From IMG/VR virus record IMGVR_UViG_3300020714_000006: a stretch of 64,000 nucleotides of DNA, one strand, 5' to 3'. The DNA is from a virus. Its lineage: Duplodnaviria; Heunggongvirae; Uroviricota; Caudoviricetes. The translations under genes and the position numbers were made by a program. The notes below the pieces were generated by a model. It did no database searches. It had not been told where the DNA came from and worked only from the letters and a program-made list of their open reading frames with translations. How positions within the stretch are numbered: position 1 is the first letter of the stretch; the number at the start of each line of letters is the position of its first letter. This document shows positions 45,876 through 58,800 of this stretch, in pieces.

Positions 45876-47606
45876 TTAATCCCATGATATGCTAACAGCT
45901 CCACTGTTACCATTATTTCCATATCCACTACTGCTAATTCCACCCATTCCATATGATTGAGAAGCTGGGGTACCACCTGCACCACCTGCACCACCACTAG
46001 CTACTACCGTATCAAAGGAAGAATTTCCACCAGCCGATCCAGGCGCACCTCCATTTCCTGGGGGCGGTGCATAGGCAAAGAAAAATGGTTCTGGTCTATG
46101 ACCGCCAATTCCACCAGCACCTACAGTTAAGAAATATGTGTTACCGGAAGTAATACTTACAGTTTGGGTTATAATTTGTCCATCGGCACCAGCCGCCCCT
46201 TCAGTTATCACATTATTTGCGCATCCACCATGACCTTCTTGCCCCCAACTGGAACCGTAAGCTCTACCTTCATTTGCGCCACCTCCACCACCAATTGCAA
46301 CAATCGATACTGATGTAGCACCTACTGGAGCAATCCAACTATATGGTCCTGCTACTGTATATAGCAAGGTTCCTTTAGGTGGTATGCTAACAGCAGCTGT
46401 TGATGCTACTATAACACCATTATCTAATAAGTTAACAGTAAATGTTTTTAAATCTTGATTAGTAAGATAGGTAGACATTGTTAATGTAAATGAATAATTT
46501 CCACTACTATCGAGTACAAATGGGCCACCAGTTAATGTATTAGGAGTAAAATCAACATCAACAATCCCACCAGCTATTGAATATGTTAAAGATGAGCCAT
46601 CTGGTAGTTGCGATGCATGTACATTTAATGTTACAGAATTGCCCTGTGTAACAGTTGTTGTACTAGCAGATATTGAGTATGATGGAACTAATACACCACC
46701 AGTTAAACTAGATGCACTCGCAGTTAATTGTGAAACCGCAACATTTGCCCCAGTTGCAACAGTTTGTGTCACTACGCTAGTCAATGTTCCAGTAACGTTT
46801 ATGTCTGCGCCAGAAGTGTCTAGATCTTCAAAATCTATTGTAAATATAATATTAGCTGGTGTTGTTACATTATCAACTCTTGCATAAATGTAATATTTAT
46901 TTGCAGTAAAAGTAGTTCCACTCTGTTGATAAATTAACTGGTCGGTAGTTGTTAAATTATAAAACCCTATTGATGTTCCAGTTCCAATACTTGTGCTGCT
47001 GACAGTTGAACTATGATTAATTGATATAGTACCCATATTACTTAACATAGTTGACCAATCAGTATCTTTGGTAGTGCCAGATCCACCAGTTCTACTAGCA
47101 GTGAAATTTATAGTGCCACCAGAATTAAAAAAATATCGCAAATTATCAATTGATTGTGTAACAGTTACTGAATGTGCAATAATGTTATTCCATTCAGTTG
47201 TTCTAACTTGAGAATTTAGTCCATAAGTTGATTGCTGTCCACTATTAACTAAGAACTTATCAGTAGTAATGGTATTTGCAAAATCAGCATATTGTTGTGT
47301 AATAGTTTGTGATATGACATTAGTAATAGTGGGAATTATTAAATTTTCACCAGCAATATACCCTGGATCAGTCGGGGATAAACTGCCAACAGTAATACCA
47401 GTTTGATGCTGTCTACACGCAATCATATCATTTCGTAATGCATTCCATTCTACTTGTGATATAATATTACCAGATGTTTTAACTGTTGACGTTATTGTTT
47501 GCCCATATCCACTTTGACCAGATCCTGCGCTATAAATAGCATCAACTGTTGCTTTTATCGCAGTATAATCACTCGCTAAAATTAAATTGCCAACACCTAT
47601 TGTCAT
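45876..47606 (-). CDS. Tail fibre/structural protein with Gly-rich C-terminus
   Basis: RYFFNSGG; P.GATSV...AIGGGGG; Thr-rich. Confidence 0.7.
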   Translation of the reverse strand: MTIGVGNLILASDYTAIKATVDAIYSAGSGQSGYGQTITSTVKTSGNIISQVEWNALRNDMIACRQHQTGITVGSLSPTDPGYIAGENLIIPTITNVISQTITQQYADFANTITTDKFLVNSGQQSTYGLNSQVRTTEWNNIIAHSVTVTQSIDNLRYFFNSGGTINFTASRTGGSGTTKDTDWSTMLSNMGTISINHSSTVSSTSIGTGTSIGFYNLTTTDQLIYQQSGTTFTANKYYIYARVDNVTTPANIIFTIDFEDLDTSGADINVTGTLTSVVTQTVATGANVAVSQLTASASSLTGGVLVPSYSISASTTTVTQGNSVTLNVHASQLPDGSSLTYSIAGGIVDVDFTPNTLTGGPFVLDSSGNYSFTLTMSTYLTNQDLKTFTVNLLDNGVIVASTAAVSIPPKGTLLYTVAGPYSWIAPVGATSVSIVAIGGGGGANEGRAYGSSWGQEGHGGCANNVITEGAAGADGQIITQTVSITSGNTYFLTVGAGGIGGHRPEPFFFAYAPPPGNGGAPGSAGGNSSFDTVVASGGAGGAGGTPASQSYGMGGISSSGYGNNGNSGAVSISWD

Positions 47607-47615
47607 ACTTATTCC

Positions 47616-49103
47616 TTATAAAATTACTGCTTCAATTAGTTTAGTATCAGTAATATCACTATTTTCTAGAGATATTGCAAATACATGCTCGCTTGAATTT
47701 GATTGTATTCTTGCCACACCATTATTATCAGGAACCAAACTATCGCCTTTTTTAACGATACCATTTACTTTAACTGGAACTCGCCCTTTTAATGCAATAT
47801 ATGTACCATTTTTTAAATCTGTATTCATCATAAATGCAGGATTTTCGGACACTACACCAATAGCTCTGGCACCAATTATACTAGCGATTACTTCTTTGTC
47901 ACCACCGACCATAACAACTGTTCCAAATTCATATTCTTGATCAGCTAAATATTTTTCTGCTAAATCCGCATATTGTGCAGTTGTTGCTGTTCCATGAAAT
48001 ATATTAGCATATATATCACCAGCGTTATCACGAACGGCAATGTTACTTCCAGTTATTCCATTTAGTATAGTATTTATTGATGCTTCGTAATAATAACCAG
48101 ATACCAATAATGTATTAGCTTTTGTTGCTGTTCCATTAAAAATATTAGCATATATATCACCAACTGCATCTCTAGAAACAATTGAAGTTTTATCAGTTGT
48201 ATCTGGAATAAACGTAGTTGCTTGAATATCATTTACTAAAGTAGTTCCATTGTTTACTTGCATAGTCAATGCTTTAGTTGCTGTTCCAATTACGTCGCCA
48301 TGCAAATTATTAACATAGATATCTCCCAAATTATCTCTTGAAACTATAGAAGTTTTATCACTTGATGTTGGAACAGCAACTGTTGCCTGAACTGCTGGTT
48401 TTATACCTCCACCATTAAGACTAATATTCATCGTATCAGTGTTGGATGATGTTCCATAAAATTTATATGAAGCAACAACACCTGGAGTCGTATAACCAGG
48501 ATTCAACGGATCTGCTGTATTAACTAATGTAATACCTGGATGAATATCTATAAATCCAGAAATAGCACTTATATTAGGCAATAACGTAAATGTTGCATCG
48601 GTGCTTACTGTGAAAATAGTAGTTCCATTTACGGATGCTGCAATTATTTCATGTGTATTACTATTTGTATCGGTAACAGTTAATGTTTCAAAACTAGTAT
48701 TTCCAGAATTAGTTTGTGGTGGTCCTATTAAATTATATCCAGTTGATGAATAAACATATAGTTGTTTATTTATAGTATCAAACCAAAAATCACCTTCTGT
48801 TAAATAAGATGGTTCACCAGTTGACGTATCTGCCCCAGAAATAGTTCTCCAGTTTAAATTTTTATCATATAATTTTAATTTATTTACACTGCTATCAAAC
48901 CATAATTGTCCTGCAACTGGTTTAGTTGGTGCAGATACGTTTGCGAAATTTTCTAACAAATACACAAAATTATCATTCTGTAAAGTTCCATACCCTGAAT
49001 AATTCTTTCCTATTAATGTAAGTTCAGTTGTAGTATTATCAACAGTACCATCCGCGATTACTGTTAGTTGTGTTCCATTATATGTATTAATGATATATGA
49101 CAT
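47616..49103 (-). CDS. Tail fibre/baseplate protein with C-terminal intramolecular-chaperone-like domain
   Basis: LIGKNY.GYG...LLENFA N-terminus; YADLAEKY...GRVPVKV. Confidence 0.7.
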   Translation of the reverse strand: MSYIINTYNGTQLTVIADGTVDNTTTELTLIGKNYSGYGTLQNDNFVYLLENFANVSAPTKPVAGQLWFDSSVNKLKLYDKNLNWRTISGADTSTGEPSYLTEGDFWFDTINKQLYVYSSTGYNLIGPPQTNSGNTSFETLTVTDTNSNTHEIIAASVNGTTIFTVSTDATFTLLPNISAISGFIDIHPGITLVNTADPLNPGYTTPGVVASYKFYGTSSNTDTMNISLNGGGIKPAVQATVAVPTSSDKTSIVSRDNLGDIYVNNLHGDVIGTATKALTMQVNNGTTLVNDIQATTFIPDTTDKTSIVSRDAVGDIYANIFNGTATKANTLLVSGYYYEASINTILNGITGSNIAVRDNAGDIYANIFHGTATTAQYADLAEKYLADQEYEFGTVVMVGGDKEVIASIIGARAIGVVSENPAFMMNTDLKNGTYIALKGRVPVKVNGIVKKGDSLVPDNNGVARIQSNSSEHVFAISLENSDITDTKLIEAVIL

Positions 49104-49114
49104 CTAAATTCCTT

Positions 49115-51292
49115 TTATATTATACCGCTATAAATTATATAGTTAATTCCATTTACTGGCGTCATGTTTGGAACAGAAAATGTAACAGATGACCCTGGAA
49201 CAGCATATGTTGAACCTAATACTACGCTTAAACTTGCATATTGTGACTTGGAATAAATGGTACCATCACATAGTAAATATCCTGGTGGTATTGTCCCTGG
49301 ATATAAAATAATTGTTCCTATTTGAATACTTGGAATATCTTGAATAAATGTTTGTTTAGTTGTTTTATATAAATCACTAGAACCTATATAAAACACAACA
49401 GGTGATGAATATGCACCAACAGTCTGCGATAAATTAATAGTCCATGCGTTTCCAGCACCAGATTGAATTGTAGTGCCAGTAAGAACGGTATTTACACCAG
49501 CATAAGCAGTACCAGTACCAAGGCCAGTACCGGCACCAGTAGCAACAAATGTGCTTCCAGGTGTATATGTTAACCCAACAGTTCCCGCAATAGTATTCCA
49601 TTGTAAATTAGTAGTTGTCCCAAATTCTATAATAGTATATTCACTACCTAATATAAAATTACCAACTGAAATTGGCGTTGTATCAACACCAAGAACTGCC
49701 ATATTTGTTCCAATAAGACTACTACCAAATGCAATAGCTCCAATATTTAATGTAGTTCCTGAAATATATCCAGAAACTTTTGCTGCATATTGTCTATAAA
49801 TAATCAATTCATCAATTGAACTAGAATCTGATAATGATTGTTTAGATGATACAGCTGATTGACTTAACGTAGCATTAAATGTTATCGGATCACCATTTCC
49901 ATTAAAATTAATAACATCACTTGTAACATCACCTGTTAAACTAAATGCAGTTGCATTTTTTAAATATACAGCAGAACCAGTAACATTTCCAGTAACACTT
50001 CCAGTAACATTACCATAAACATTGCCAGTTACATCACCAACAAATTTGTTTACATATATTCGTCTAAAACGTTGTGTTGATGACCCAATATCATATAATG
50101 GCGCAGATATTTCTAAACCTGTATTATCATTGGTAATGTATCCAGGAACAATTACCGAACCAGTTGTTGGTTCGCTAGGAATGACTGTTGTATCTAAATA
50201 ATTTAATATTAATGAGCCATTAGCAATTGTTAAATTTGAATTAATTGTTGCAGTTTTATCAACATATAATCCACCAGATGTTTGAATACTGGCTGTTTGT
50301 GTTCCAGAAGTTGATACATCAGATGTCCCAACAACTTTTAATATACCTGAAGATACAGTTACGGTTCCATTGACATCAAGGGTTGAGGTTGGAGTAACAG
50401 TTGCTATTCCTACTCTCTGCGATGGCGCAAAATAGGCAACAGATTTTACATTACTCAATGAATCTAATACTCGTATTTCTATTGAATTATTTCTAACATT
50501 AGATGAAATCAAATAATTTGAAGACGACGCAGCATCTGATGATAATATAAACTTTTTATCATCTCCTAACTGAATTGATGGAACAGAAATATAACTAGAT
50601 AACTCATTTGGTTGGTCACTTCTTACATATTTTCCACTATTAATACCACCTAAATTGTCTGCATTAGTTGCGGTTCCATTAAATTTATATGATGCTAATG
50701 AATTTAACGTAATACCAGATTTTATACTTGAAAACCCACTAATAGATACTTTTGGTGTAAATGTATCAGTGCTTACTATAGCAACTTTATCATTTGACGA
50801 ATATAAAGAAATTACGTTATGTGAAAAATTTGCACTATCGTCTATTTGTTCAAGTTTTTGACCAGTAACTGTTCCTTGACTTAATAAGGGACCAACTAGT
50901 GTCCATGCAGTACCAGAACCACTATAAATTGATAGTTGCTGATTGATCGTATCAACCCATATATCACCAGCATTAGCAACAGTTGGTTTAGTCGATGATT
51001 TTTTAACAGACCCAACTGGTGTCCAATTTGTTGATGTGCCATCATTATTAACCATCAATTGATTAGCTGAACTATCATACCATATTTGGCCTTGTACTGG
51101 ATTAATAGGGGATGTTGGATTTGCAAAATTTTCTAATAAATGTAAAAAATTATTTGCAACATATGGTCCATATCCTGCATAATTTTTACCAACAAACGTT
51201 AAACTAGTTTGATTATTAAGTGTTTCATCTGCAACAATAAATGCTGTTTTATGTGCATTATTTATTTCTGTATATGTTACCGGATAAGACAT
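49115..51292 (-). CDS. Tail fibre protein with collar domain
   Basis: Paralogous GKNY.GYG...LLENFA N-terminus; PPGYLLCDG...Y..L. Confidence 0.72.
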   Translation of the reverse strand: MSYPVTYTEINNAHKTAFIVADETLNNQTSLTFVGKNYAGYGPYVANNFLHLLENFANPTSPINPVQGQIWYDSSANQLMVNNDGTSTNWTPVGSVKKSSTKPTVANAGDIWVDTINQQLSIYSGSGTAWTLVGPLLSQGTVTGQKLEQIDDSANFSHNVISLYSSNDKVAIVSTDTFTPKVSISGFSSIKSGITLNSLASYKFNGTATNADNLGGINSGKYVRSDQPNELSSYISVPSIQLGDDKKFILSSDAASSSNYLISSNVRNNSIEIRVLDSLSNVKSVAYFAPSQRVGIATVTPTSTLDVNGTVTVSSGILKVVGTSDVSTSGTQTASIQTSGGLYVDKTATINSNLTIANGSLILNYLDTTVIPSEPTTGSVIVPGYITNDNTGLEISAPLYDIGSSTQRFRRIYVNKFVGDVTGNVYGNVTGSVTGNVTGSAVYLKNATAFSLTGDVTSDVINFNGNGDPITFNATLSQSAVSSKQSLSDSSSIDELIIYRQYAAKVSGYISGTTLNIGAIAFGSSLIGTNMAVLGVDTTPISVGNFILGSEYTIIEFGTTTNLQWNTIAGTVGLTYTPGSTFVATGAGTGLGTGTAYAGVNTVLTGTTIQSGAGNAWTINLSQTVGAYSSPVVFYIGSSDLYKTTKQTFIQDIPSIQIGTIILYPGTIPPGYLLCDGTIYSKSQYASLSVVLGSTYAVPGSSVTFSVPNMTPVNGINYIIYSGII

Positions 51293-51295
51293 CTA

Positions 51296-51895
51296 TTAAA
51301 CTCCCGTTAAGGTTTGAATACGAACTGTATAATCAATTTGAACCAATCTGTTTAAAGATTTTTGAACAGGATGAAAAACAACGTGTGTTAATAACATATC
51401 ATTTCCACTTTGATCATAACTTTGTAATCCCAATTCATCAAACACATATTCTTGCTCACCATTTGGTGTGGTATCATATGCACTTTGATTAGTTGGTTCA
51501 CCATAATCTAACAAACATGTTACAACTACATCTGTATAATTATTACCAGTTGTATGTAATACTGAAAGATAATTTCTGGTTGGGTCTGAATTATCAGATG
51601 ACCTAGCATTAATTACTTTTGTATATGTTTGGTTGTATAAACTGGCATTTGACCCAGAACTATTTGGAGTTAAATAAGTAATAATTCCAGTTGGATCAAC
51701 TGATGTGCCACCATTTCCTAATGCCATGTTATAAATGTATTGTTGTCCACTATTAGCTATACCATTTGCTAATGCTATACTCATATTTTCATAGTGAATT
51801 GCGTTTCTTTTATTAATAAAGATCTCATTAGATATTGGATCCCAAATCTTTATATGACCTTCAATGTGAATTCCTGTTTGTTCTTTACTTTGCAT
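51296..51895 (-). CDS. Baseplate/tail structural protein
   Basis: GATAAATA at 51916-51923; FDELGL...LLTHVVF.PVQKS. Confidence 0.65.
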   Translation of the reverse strand: MQSKEQTGIHIEGHIKIWDPISNEIFINKRNAIHYENMSIALANGIANSGQQYIYNMALGNGGTSVDPTGIITYLTPNSSGSNASLYNQTYTKVINARSSDNSDPTRNYLSVLHTTGNNYTDVVVTCLLDYGEPTNQSAYDTTPNGEQEYVFDELGLQSYDQSGNDMLLTHVVFHPVQKSLNRLVQIDYTVRIQTLTGV

Positions 51896-51947
51896 AGTAA
51901 TCTCTCATTATATTATATTTATCGACTTTCATTATATACATATATAA

Positions 51948-52796
51948 TTATTGTTTCATAATATAGGCTAATGCAAAATATGGTGGTAAATTAGCATTAG
52001 TTCCACTCGCACCAGTTATATCAGTAGAACCACCGATTGTTCCTGCTGGTGTTCCAGCAGATGCAGCTGCTATTGTGATACCAGTTGTTGCTGTTCCTGT
52101 AGTTCCTGTTGTATCAGTTGCAAAATTAGTTCCACTCCCAGAACCGCCTGTTGTTGATGCATGTGTTACATAAGTATGGTTGTGTCCAGGATCAGTGATG
52201 GTATGGTCATGCGTAGGAAGCGCACTACCAGTAAATGTTGCAGCAGCTAATGAGTGACTATGTGATACTACAGTAGAATTTGCACTACCACCAGTTTGTG
52301 CAACGGTATATGTAGTACCAGCACCAACAATAAATCTATTTCTTAAATCTGGTGTGCCATTTGTTCCATCACATAATAACCATCCGGTAGGAACCGCCGT
52401 TGTAGCACCAGACCACATTACAATAATACCAGTAACAATAGGTGAAACAACAGCAGCAGCTGGATGAACATGGTCTTGTCTAGCATATAATAATGAAGTT
52501 CCAACCGCCGCTACTCCATCAACTAATGGTGCAACAGTTGCTGGTGATATAATGGCACCTGCGCTAATAACACCAGAACTATTGATTGTTATAGTTGTAC
52601 CATCAACTATAACACCACCTAATACGGAATTAGATGCAGTTGGTAATGTATAATCAATTATTTGATTTACAGCCGTGTATATTGTTGAAAAATTGTCATT
52701 TATAATATTTCCACCATCTCTAAGGGTTGTTCCCTGTCCATTATTTGCTATTGCACCTAGGTTTATTAATGTTGGATTTGATACTCTTGTTGTCAT
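51948..52796 (-). CDS. Short tail fibre/collar protein
   Basis: PTGWLLCDGTNGTPDLRNRF, HxH repeats, NLPPYFALAYIM. Confidence 0.8.
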   Translation of the reverse strand: MTTRVSNPTLINLGAIANNGQGTTLRDGGNIINDNFSTIYTAVNQIIDYTLPTASNSVLGGVIVDGTTITINSSGVISAGAIISPATVAPLVDGVAAVGTSLLYARQDHVHPAAAVVSPIVTGIIVMWSGATTAVPTGWLLCDGTNGTPDLRNRFIVGAGTTYTVAQTGGSANSTVVSHSHSLAAATFTGSALPTHDHTITDPGHNHTYVTHASTTGGSGSGTNFATDTTGTTGTATTGITIAAASAGTPAGTIGGSTDITGASGTNANLPPYFALAYIMKQ

Positions 52797-52819
52797 TGTT
52801 ATATCCTTATTTTTCGCTA

Positions 52820-55800
52820 TTATAATATAGCATATTTATTATTCCATACTGAACCATATTGTTTAACTATGGTAATACGTGTTCCAACAGGAACTGGATT
52901 TGTTAATCGTATTTGTTTAGCTATTCCATTAACTGAAAAATCTGCATCAAATTGTGTATCGCCTTTTGGACTATATGGCGATTTATTAACATTAAATGCT
53001 TTATATGGTTGCTTTTTCAATCTTATGTTACTAATAAAGAATGACCATACCATACCAGAATCAACATTTGATTCAATTGTATTAGTGGTATTATCATTAT
53101 TAATTGTTACTGTAGTAACTACATCATTAAATGTAGTTCCACTGATATGGCTTTGTGTACATTTATATGTATATGACCCAAATATAACAATATCACCAAC
53201 TGCATATATAACTGAGGGTGTCCATGTTGAAATATCATAACCACCAATAAACACTTCTATATCATCACATTGCCCATAATCAGCTGGAATTACTGTATTA
53301 AATACTGAATCAGCAATATATGCCTCACCGTTTCCTAAATTATACCCAATAGTAGCTGCGACAAAAGTAGTACCAGGAGAATATGTAACACCAGTTGTTC
53401 CACCAATTTGATTCCAACTGGCATTAGTAGTATTCCCAAGTTTTTTAATTGTATAAGTATCACCTACGATAAAAGATCCTACTGTAACAATAGTTCCTAT
53501 ATCATATGTCCAATTTAAATATGCATCACCAGTCCCATACGCAAGTTGGGTTAATGTATCTATACCAGTTGATGCTGCAATAAATCTTACACCAACATCA
53601 TAAGTTACATCAGTGGTACCGCCAATAATATTCCAGTGTGTATTAGATGTAGTTCCTATAGTTTTTATAGTATACTCATTTCCAATAACAAATAATCCAA
53701 CAGGTACGTGTGTGCGCGTTGGAATAACATCAATATCAATAGTATTATTGTTTGTAATCATTGATTGGGTTACAATAACATTTTGTGATATAGTTTTATC
53801 ATTATATGATATATTAGAACTCGGACCAATATTTTGAACTGTAGTTCCTTTATTATACAACGGTGCAGCACCGGTTCCTAACGTAGCTCTTCTTAATTGA
53901 GTTAACTTATTGCCTACTATTTCAAAATATTCAATACGTTCAGATCCAATTTCAATAACCCCTGGAATATTTTTAGAAGGATTTGGCATATCAAATACAT
54001 TGTTTTCTTGAACAATTATAGAAATATCATTCCATTTCAAATCTTCTGCTAAAGTGGTTTGTTTTGATGTATCAATATCTTTATAATGCATTCTATTCAG
54101 CATATCTTTAAACTGCATAAATGCTAAATTAGATGTAGTATTACTGTTAAATGTGATAACATCAAATATATCAGTTTTAATTGGTGGTATAAGTAATGTT
54201 ATGCTATCTCTATCCATAGTTAAAATAAAGTCAACATCTGGTGTTAATAATATTCCATTTTTAATAACCCATATGTAGTTTTCATTAAGAACTTTTTTTG
54301 GTAACATTATTGTTCCACTATATACTGTTAAATCATTATAATATTGTGGAGTATCAATTGTATGAATAATCTGTGGAACGTTAAGTTGCGATCTTTCTAC
54401 CTGCAAAATACTATTATTATATGAACTAGTTACAGTAACATTACTTGAATCAGCTATTTCAATAGTAAATGAAATACTAGGACTTCCACCAGTCGATGGA
54501 TAATATGTATATTGTGTTGGAACTAAAATAGTATTATCAACGACAACAATCATATTATTTTCATTATTATTGGCAGTTCCGACAATACTATTTAAATTTA
54601 CAAGAGTATTTGCTGGTAATCCACCAGATGGTATTAAAATTTGTTCGGTAGTTGTTATTGTAAAAGTTCTTATTAAACTATCAACCACGATATAACTTAT
54701 TACTGCATTAACATCTGGTGGCGTTGCAAAACGCAATCCTAATATTTCAGCTGATGTTTGATAAGAAGTATATTCAACTGCATATCCATTAACAAACACA
54801 TCAACTAAATACGACGCATCCCACATAGTTCTCGTTGTATATTCAGTTGTGAACCCATCGGCAATAATATAGCCAATATCCAATGTATTGGTAGAATTCA
54901 CACCTATACTAAATATTGCTATTACACCTCCAATTACAGGTGGTGTTGTAAATACTATCGTGTTATTAGTATAATCAACTGAATAGTCAACATCTAATGT
55001 TTGAATAACTGTTGTTGATGTTATAGATGTCCCATTATTAATAAATGTTTCAAGTGTTACTATTGCTGCTTGGTTACTATTTAAACGTTGTCTAATATTA
55101 AAATCAGTAGTAACTCCATCAGCAACATATTTGTCAACTTTCACATTACCAGATACTATAGCATTCTGTTCAAACACTTTAATTTCTAATGCATCAACTA
55201 TTTGACCTGGCACAACTTCTTCTGGTGCATAACTGGTCATTGGAGTTACAAAGCCATCACCATCTATAACAACATCACCAGGTGCATATCCAGTAGCACT
55301 AATATATGCTAAATCGCCGCCATCATATGCTGTATCATAATCATCTGAAAAGGTTTTTATTGATCCATCACTTGTACTTTCACGGAATATGAATACATCG
55401 TTTGCATTGACTTGTAAATTAGATGGAACATTTATGTTTATACTTCTATCTATATTAATTGTCACTTCAGTAGATGAAATTAGCCCTATTATTGGTGAAG
55501 TCATTACTGCATGTGTATTTAATTGGTCAATAGTATCAAAATGCAAGTCATCTATACGAACACCATTCATATATACATTTATTATAGTTCCAACAGTTGG
55601 AATATATGAAAGTTTAAATGTATGTGTTCCAGAAACTTCTACAACAATTTTGTTATCAGTAAATGTTGGATCATAGCTATCCCATCTATCAGATAAATAT
55701 GGTAAACTATCCCATCCATGATTTATTGCAAACGATAATCCATCAATTAGAACTCCACCATAATCTATACCTGTCATTAATTGAGTTAAATCTTTCCCTA

Positions 55801-58800
55801 GATTATTCGTTGATGGATTGTAGTAAAAATTAATTCTATCAGCTGCATTTAATATTGATGCATCTTTTACGTATGTTATAGATACTATATCATTTGCTTG
55901 CACTGCATCATGTAACGTTAGAGTTCCATAATACTTATCATATATTATACCGTTATATTCATTGTATTTTAATGTTTCAATACTTAATGAATATGAATCA
56001 GGAGTAATTGGCAAGTTATTTACAGTAACAGAAGAATATCCTATCTTAATATCAGGGGACCATAATAATTCAAATGTAGTCTGATTAGCAATTGCAGTAA
56101 ATGATTCAACTTCTTGCAATTTATTAATATAATAATTGTGTGTTATTCTATCAAATTTAAGATTTATTCTATTTGTTCTAACTAAACTATTACCAATATA
56201 AACACACGCAGTAACACCTTGTCCAAATGGTGGTTGTTCTATTATCAGAGTTGGTGTTGATAAAAATCCTTTCCCACCTGATACTATTTCTATACTAGTA
56301 ACTCTACCAAGAAAATCTATTTGCGCATTTAATACTGCACCATTATCTGGTACTACTGTTATTTTTGGGGCAGTTATATATCCATATCCACCATTAATAA
56401 TTTTAATAGATTTAATAGAAAATCCTGCATTATCATACCAACTTTTCCATGGATATTGCTGAACTTCAGTGTTATATACTACTATTTTATTATCTACTAA
56501 ATATGCTTCTATAACATTAGTTCCACCTTGTGCATAGATTGGTGGTAAATCAAAATCTGTTGATAGAATATTACCAGATTCAATATTTGTATATGAACTT
56601 ATATATTCTCTAACTTTAGTTCTATATGGTTTTACTTCAGCTACATAATTTTCAAAATCAACTAAATTATCATTTTTAAAAGTAACTGGTTGGTTTAATG
56701 TTCCTACATTATGTTTTGCCTTTACAAAACTAGATTTAAAAATCCAATCTATATATTTTTGTTCATTGTGTGCATATCGAACACTATTAAAAAATAAATT
56801 CAAGTAATCAGTTTTTAATTCATTTATAAAAATATCTGTTTTAAATGCATTTAAAATAATTCGCAATTCGGTGGATGAGTTGTTATCATACCCAATGCTA
56901 TCATATAATGTTCCATCATATTGTGGCGAATCATACAATTTGCTATTTAATTGAATAGTTCCATTTTGAATACCTACTACTTTATATGTCTTAGTCCAAT
57001 CTAATGAATCTATCAAACTATAACGTTTTAATAATATCCATTCGCCATTATTACCTAATCTAACTTTAATTGTATCATTAACATTTGTAGAAATGCCCTG
57101 TAAATCAGCAAATATACTAACAGAATAATCAATAGCCGTAAATTGGTTATATCCAATTTCATACCAATCAACATAATACCAAAATTCACTAGCATCATAT
57201 GATTTACTTAAAATTCTGCTCCAAGAATTTGTTTCTAAATTGAATGAATATATACTCCATGTATCATTTGATTGAGAATCACTAAGTACTAATGCAGCAA
57301 AATTTCTTGTTTGTAATTTAGTGGTATAGTCATAACCATTTCCACCATTTATAACTTTAACATCTACAATCTGCCCTTTTGTATTAAGAATAGCTTTTAA
57401 TACGGCATCAACACCCGTTCCAATAACCTTAATTACTGGTGATATAACATATCCAAATCCAGTAGATAAGATTGTTACACTTGATATTTTACCATCGATA
57501 ATTACTGCCGATAATACTGGTACTTTATAAGAACTAGCCGAATTAAATTGTAATTCAGCATCGGTGTTTATTACAATATCATATAATCCAGATGTTAAGC
57601 TTGGTGCTTGATCATACTGTGATATACCTTCTAAATTTCTTGTACTAGCAATTTGATTTTGTAGTAAAATAGTATTTGCTTGTTCTACAAGTTCTTTAAT
57701 AGCTTCAAATCTATTCACAAACATAGATTGGCGTGGTCTGTTTTCAACACCATATTTTAATTTTAATGGCAATGAGGTATCTGGAACTAAGTTACCAAAA
57801 TTATCACTACCACATAGACTATCAAACCATTTTTGTTCTATAGTGTTTGGTAAAATTGTTGATTGATCATTACTAATAATTTTCCACTGTGCATGAATAT
57901 TTTGATCTGTTTTATCTATTAACCAATACTGAATAGATAATATAACATCATTATTTGATAAAACTTGTCCAACATTTGCCACTTCAAATGTATTTTGACT
58001 AGTAATCGCAATATATTTGTATGCATTTTTTACTGGGCTTGTTATTAAACTTGATATATTCTGTGCAGAGGTATATCTTCCAGGAATATTTGGAACTATT
58101 GCTTTATTTTTAACCCAAAAGTAATATGTATTTTTTATTGTTTTACTTACGTTATCATAATATTTTTTAATACAATAGCAAGTATCACCATATAATGATT
58201 TACCACTTATATTCAATGATAGTCCAGCATCGGTATCCGCTTGGGTATCCCATACTGATGGCAACAAATTAGTTTCCACCCATTCATATATGTCTATAGA
58301 TGCACCATGTACTAATGTATTCCAAGTGCTACTTCTATATGTAATATCAGAATCATAACTTTCAATGAATTTGGCTGTTCGCACATCCCACCATAATTTA
58401 CCAACTTGGTTAGTAGTCCATGCTATACTTTCATCAACATTTACAGATGAATCACCAATTGAATATATGGCAGGATCATAGAAAGTTTTATAACTTAATT
58501 CCTGTTCAGCTATTCCAGCAATTTTACCTTGTAATGGATCTATTACATCTAAATAACTTATTAATTCATTTTTTTGTTTGTTATATAAAAATGTTTGTTT
58601 AATCTTATTAATATCTGGCTTATCAATTTCTTGATGTTTTTGTGTCCAGCTATAAGCATCGCTAGCTTTTATATATTCAAATATTAAGCCAGATCTAGGT
58701 GAATTAATATCATATTCATATGGTGTTCCTATTAATATTTTATTTAATGATATACAAAATCCTAATTTATTACTATCATTCTCTATATTAATAACCGCAG